Assembly (NCBI GenBank): GCA_030390025.1
Contig: CM059432.1
Coordinates: 132,620,001 to 132,684,000 of the forward strand
DNA: 64,000 nt
Reading direction: 5' to 3'
Source: Squalus acanthias
Lineage: Eukaryota
Shown: piece by piece, positions 63,610 through 64,000 of the stretch
Layout of the letters: every line of letters starts with the position of its first letter
How positions within the stretch are numbered: the stretch's first letter is position 1
Notes under the pieces: generated by a model
The model's database searches: none
What the model was told of the DNA's origin: nothing
Seen by the model: only the letters and a program-made list of their open reading frames with translations
Translations under genes and position numbers: made by a program

Positions 63610-64000
63610 GGGGCTAGAAATTCGGTATCTTAGCGCCTCCTGTTAGCGCCCGGGTGGGGTGCTAACGGGACGCTAACGGGGTGCTAAGGGCTTATTGCCC
63701 TGGTGCGGCGATTCCAACGCTGCCTGTGAAATTTAGTCGGCATTTAGCGCCGGCGCTAACACTTAGCGCCTGGCTCTCCAGCGACGCTCAGACTGTGACA
63801 TCAATGAGTGTGCAACGCCCCGTTAGCGCCCCGGATGTGAAATTCAGTCGCTTCCTCTGATTTACCGCCGGGTGCTGAGAACGACAGAAATAGCAGGCGT
63901 TGATACCTGGGATTGCCGCTCTCGGGGCGCTAGTTAAAGGGATCACTTCCCAGTTCATTGAGAGGTCAGATTCATTGCTGGCCCGTCTGGTCAACACCTC
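63610..64000. mobile_element. PIF/Harbinger-like element left end (runs off the window)
   Basis: GGGGCTAGAAATTCGGT end, matching the 47957 end; TTAGCGCC/GGCGCTAA subterminal repeats as in copies A and B. Confidence 0.75.

Larger units (their letters stand above)
59102..63610 (-). mobile_element. LINE family B, probably one near full-length copy broken by nested insertions (3' part 59102-60830; 5' part 62640-63610)
   Basis: 3' polyA and RT motifs (KAMGPDNIP, PQTSVLGP, FIDD); EN start VLLSNIWGFVPKLGEL..QQPDKVILTESYL (~63320-63220) and LWVGDFN. Confidence 0.85.

Overview
Eukaryotic genomic DNA, most likely an elasmobranch (shark/ray), inferred from HE1-type V-SINEs, HER1/CR1 LINEs and SacSINE1-type Deu-SINEs. 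The only host gene recognisable is the 5' half of SLC35B3 (PAPST2, Golgi PAPS transporter) on the minus strand. It has five well-supported coding exons (11033-20612), a probable small upstream ATG exon, and a CpG-island promoter containing a 35-bp tandem repeat. The 3' exons were not found and presumably lie before position 1. Much of the rest is nested transposon sequence: CR1/HER1 LINEs, a second LINE family whose 5' and 3' ends are both shared with a tRNA-headed SINE, L2, a Penelope-like fragment, a CsRN1-type Gypsy element with a tRNA-Trp PBS, PIF/Harbinger MITEs and Myb/SANT relics, a pogo/Tigger-like MITE, a hAT MITE, and V-, Deu- and LF-SINE-like SINEs. Several AT-rich, repeat-free blocks upstream of the gene may be conserved regulatory DNA. 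I found no evidence of a wholly new gene system. The most notable items are the bipartite SINE/LINE pair, the CsRN1-type LTR element, the promoter VNTR and the CRE-carrying Harbinger MITEs. TE family names come from recalled motifs, not database searches, and repeat boundaries are approximate.
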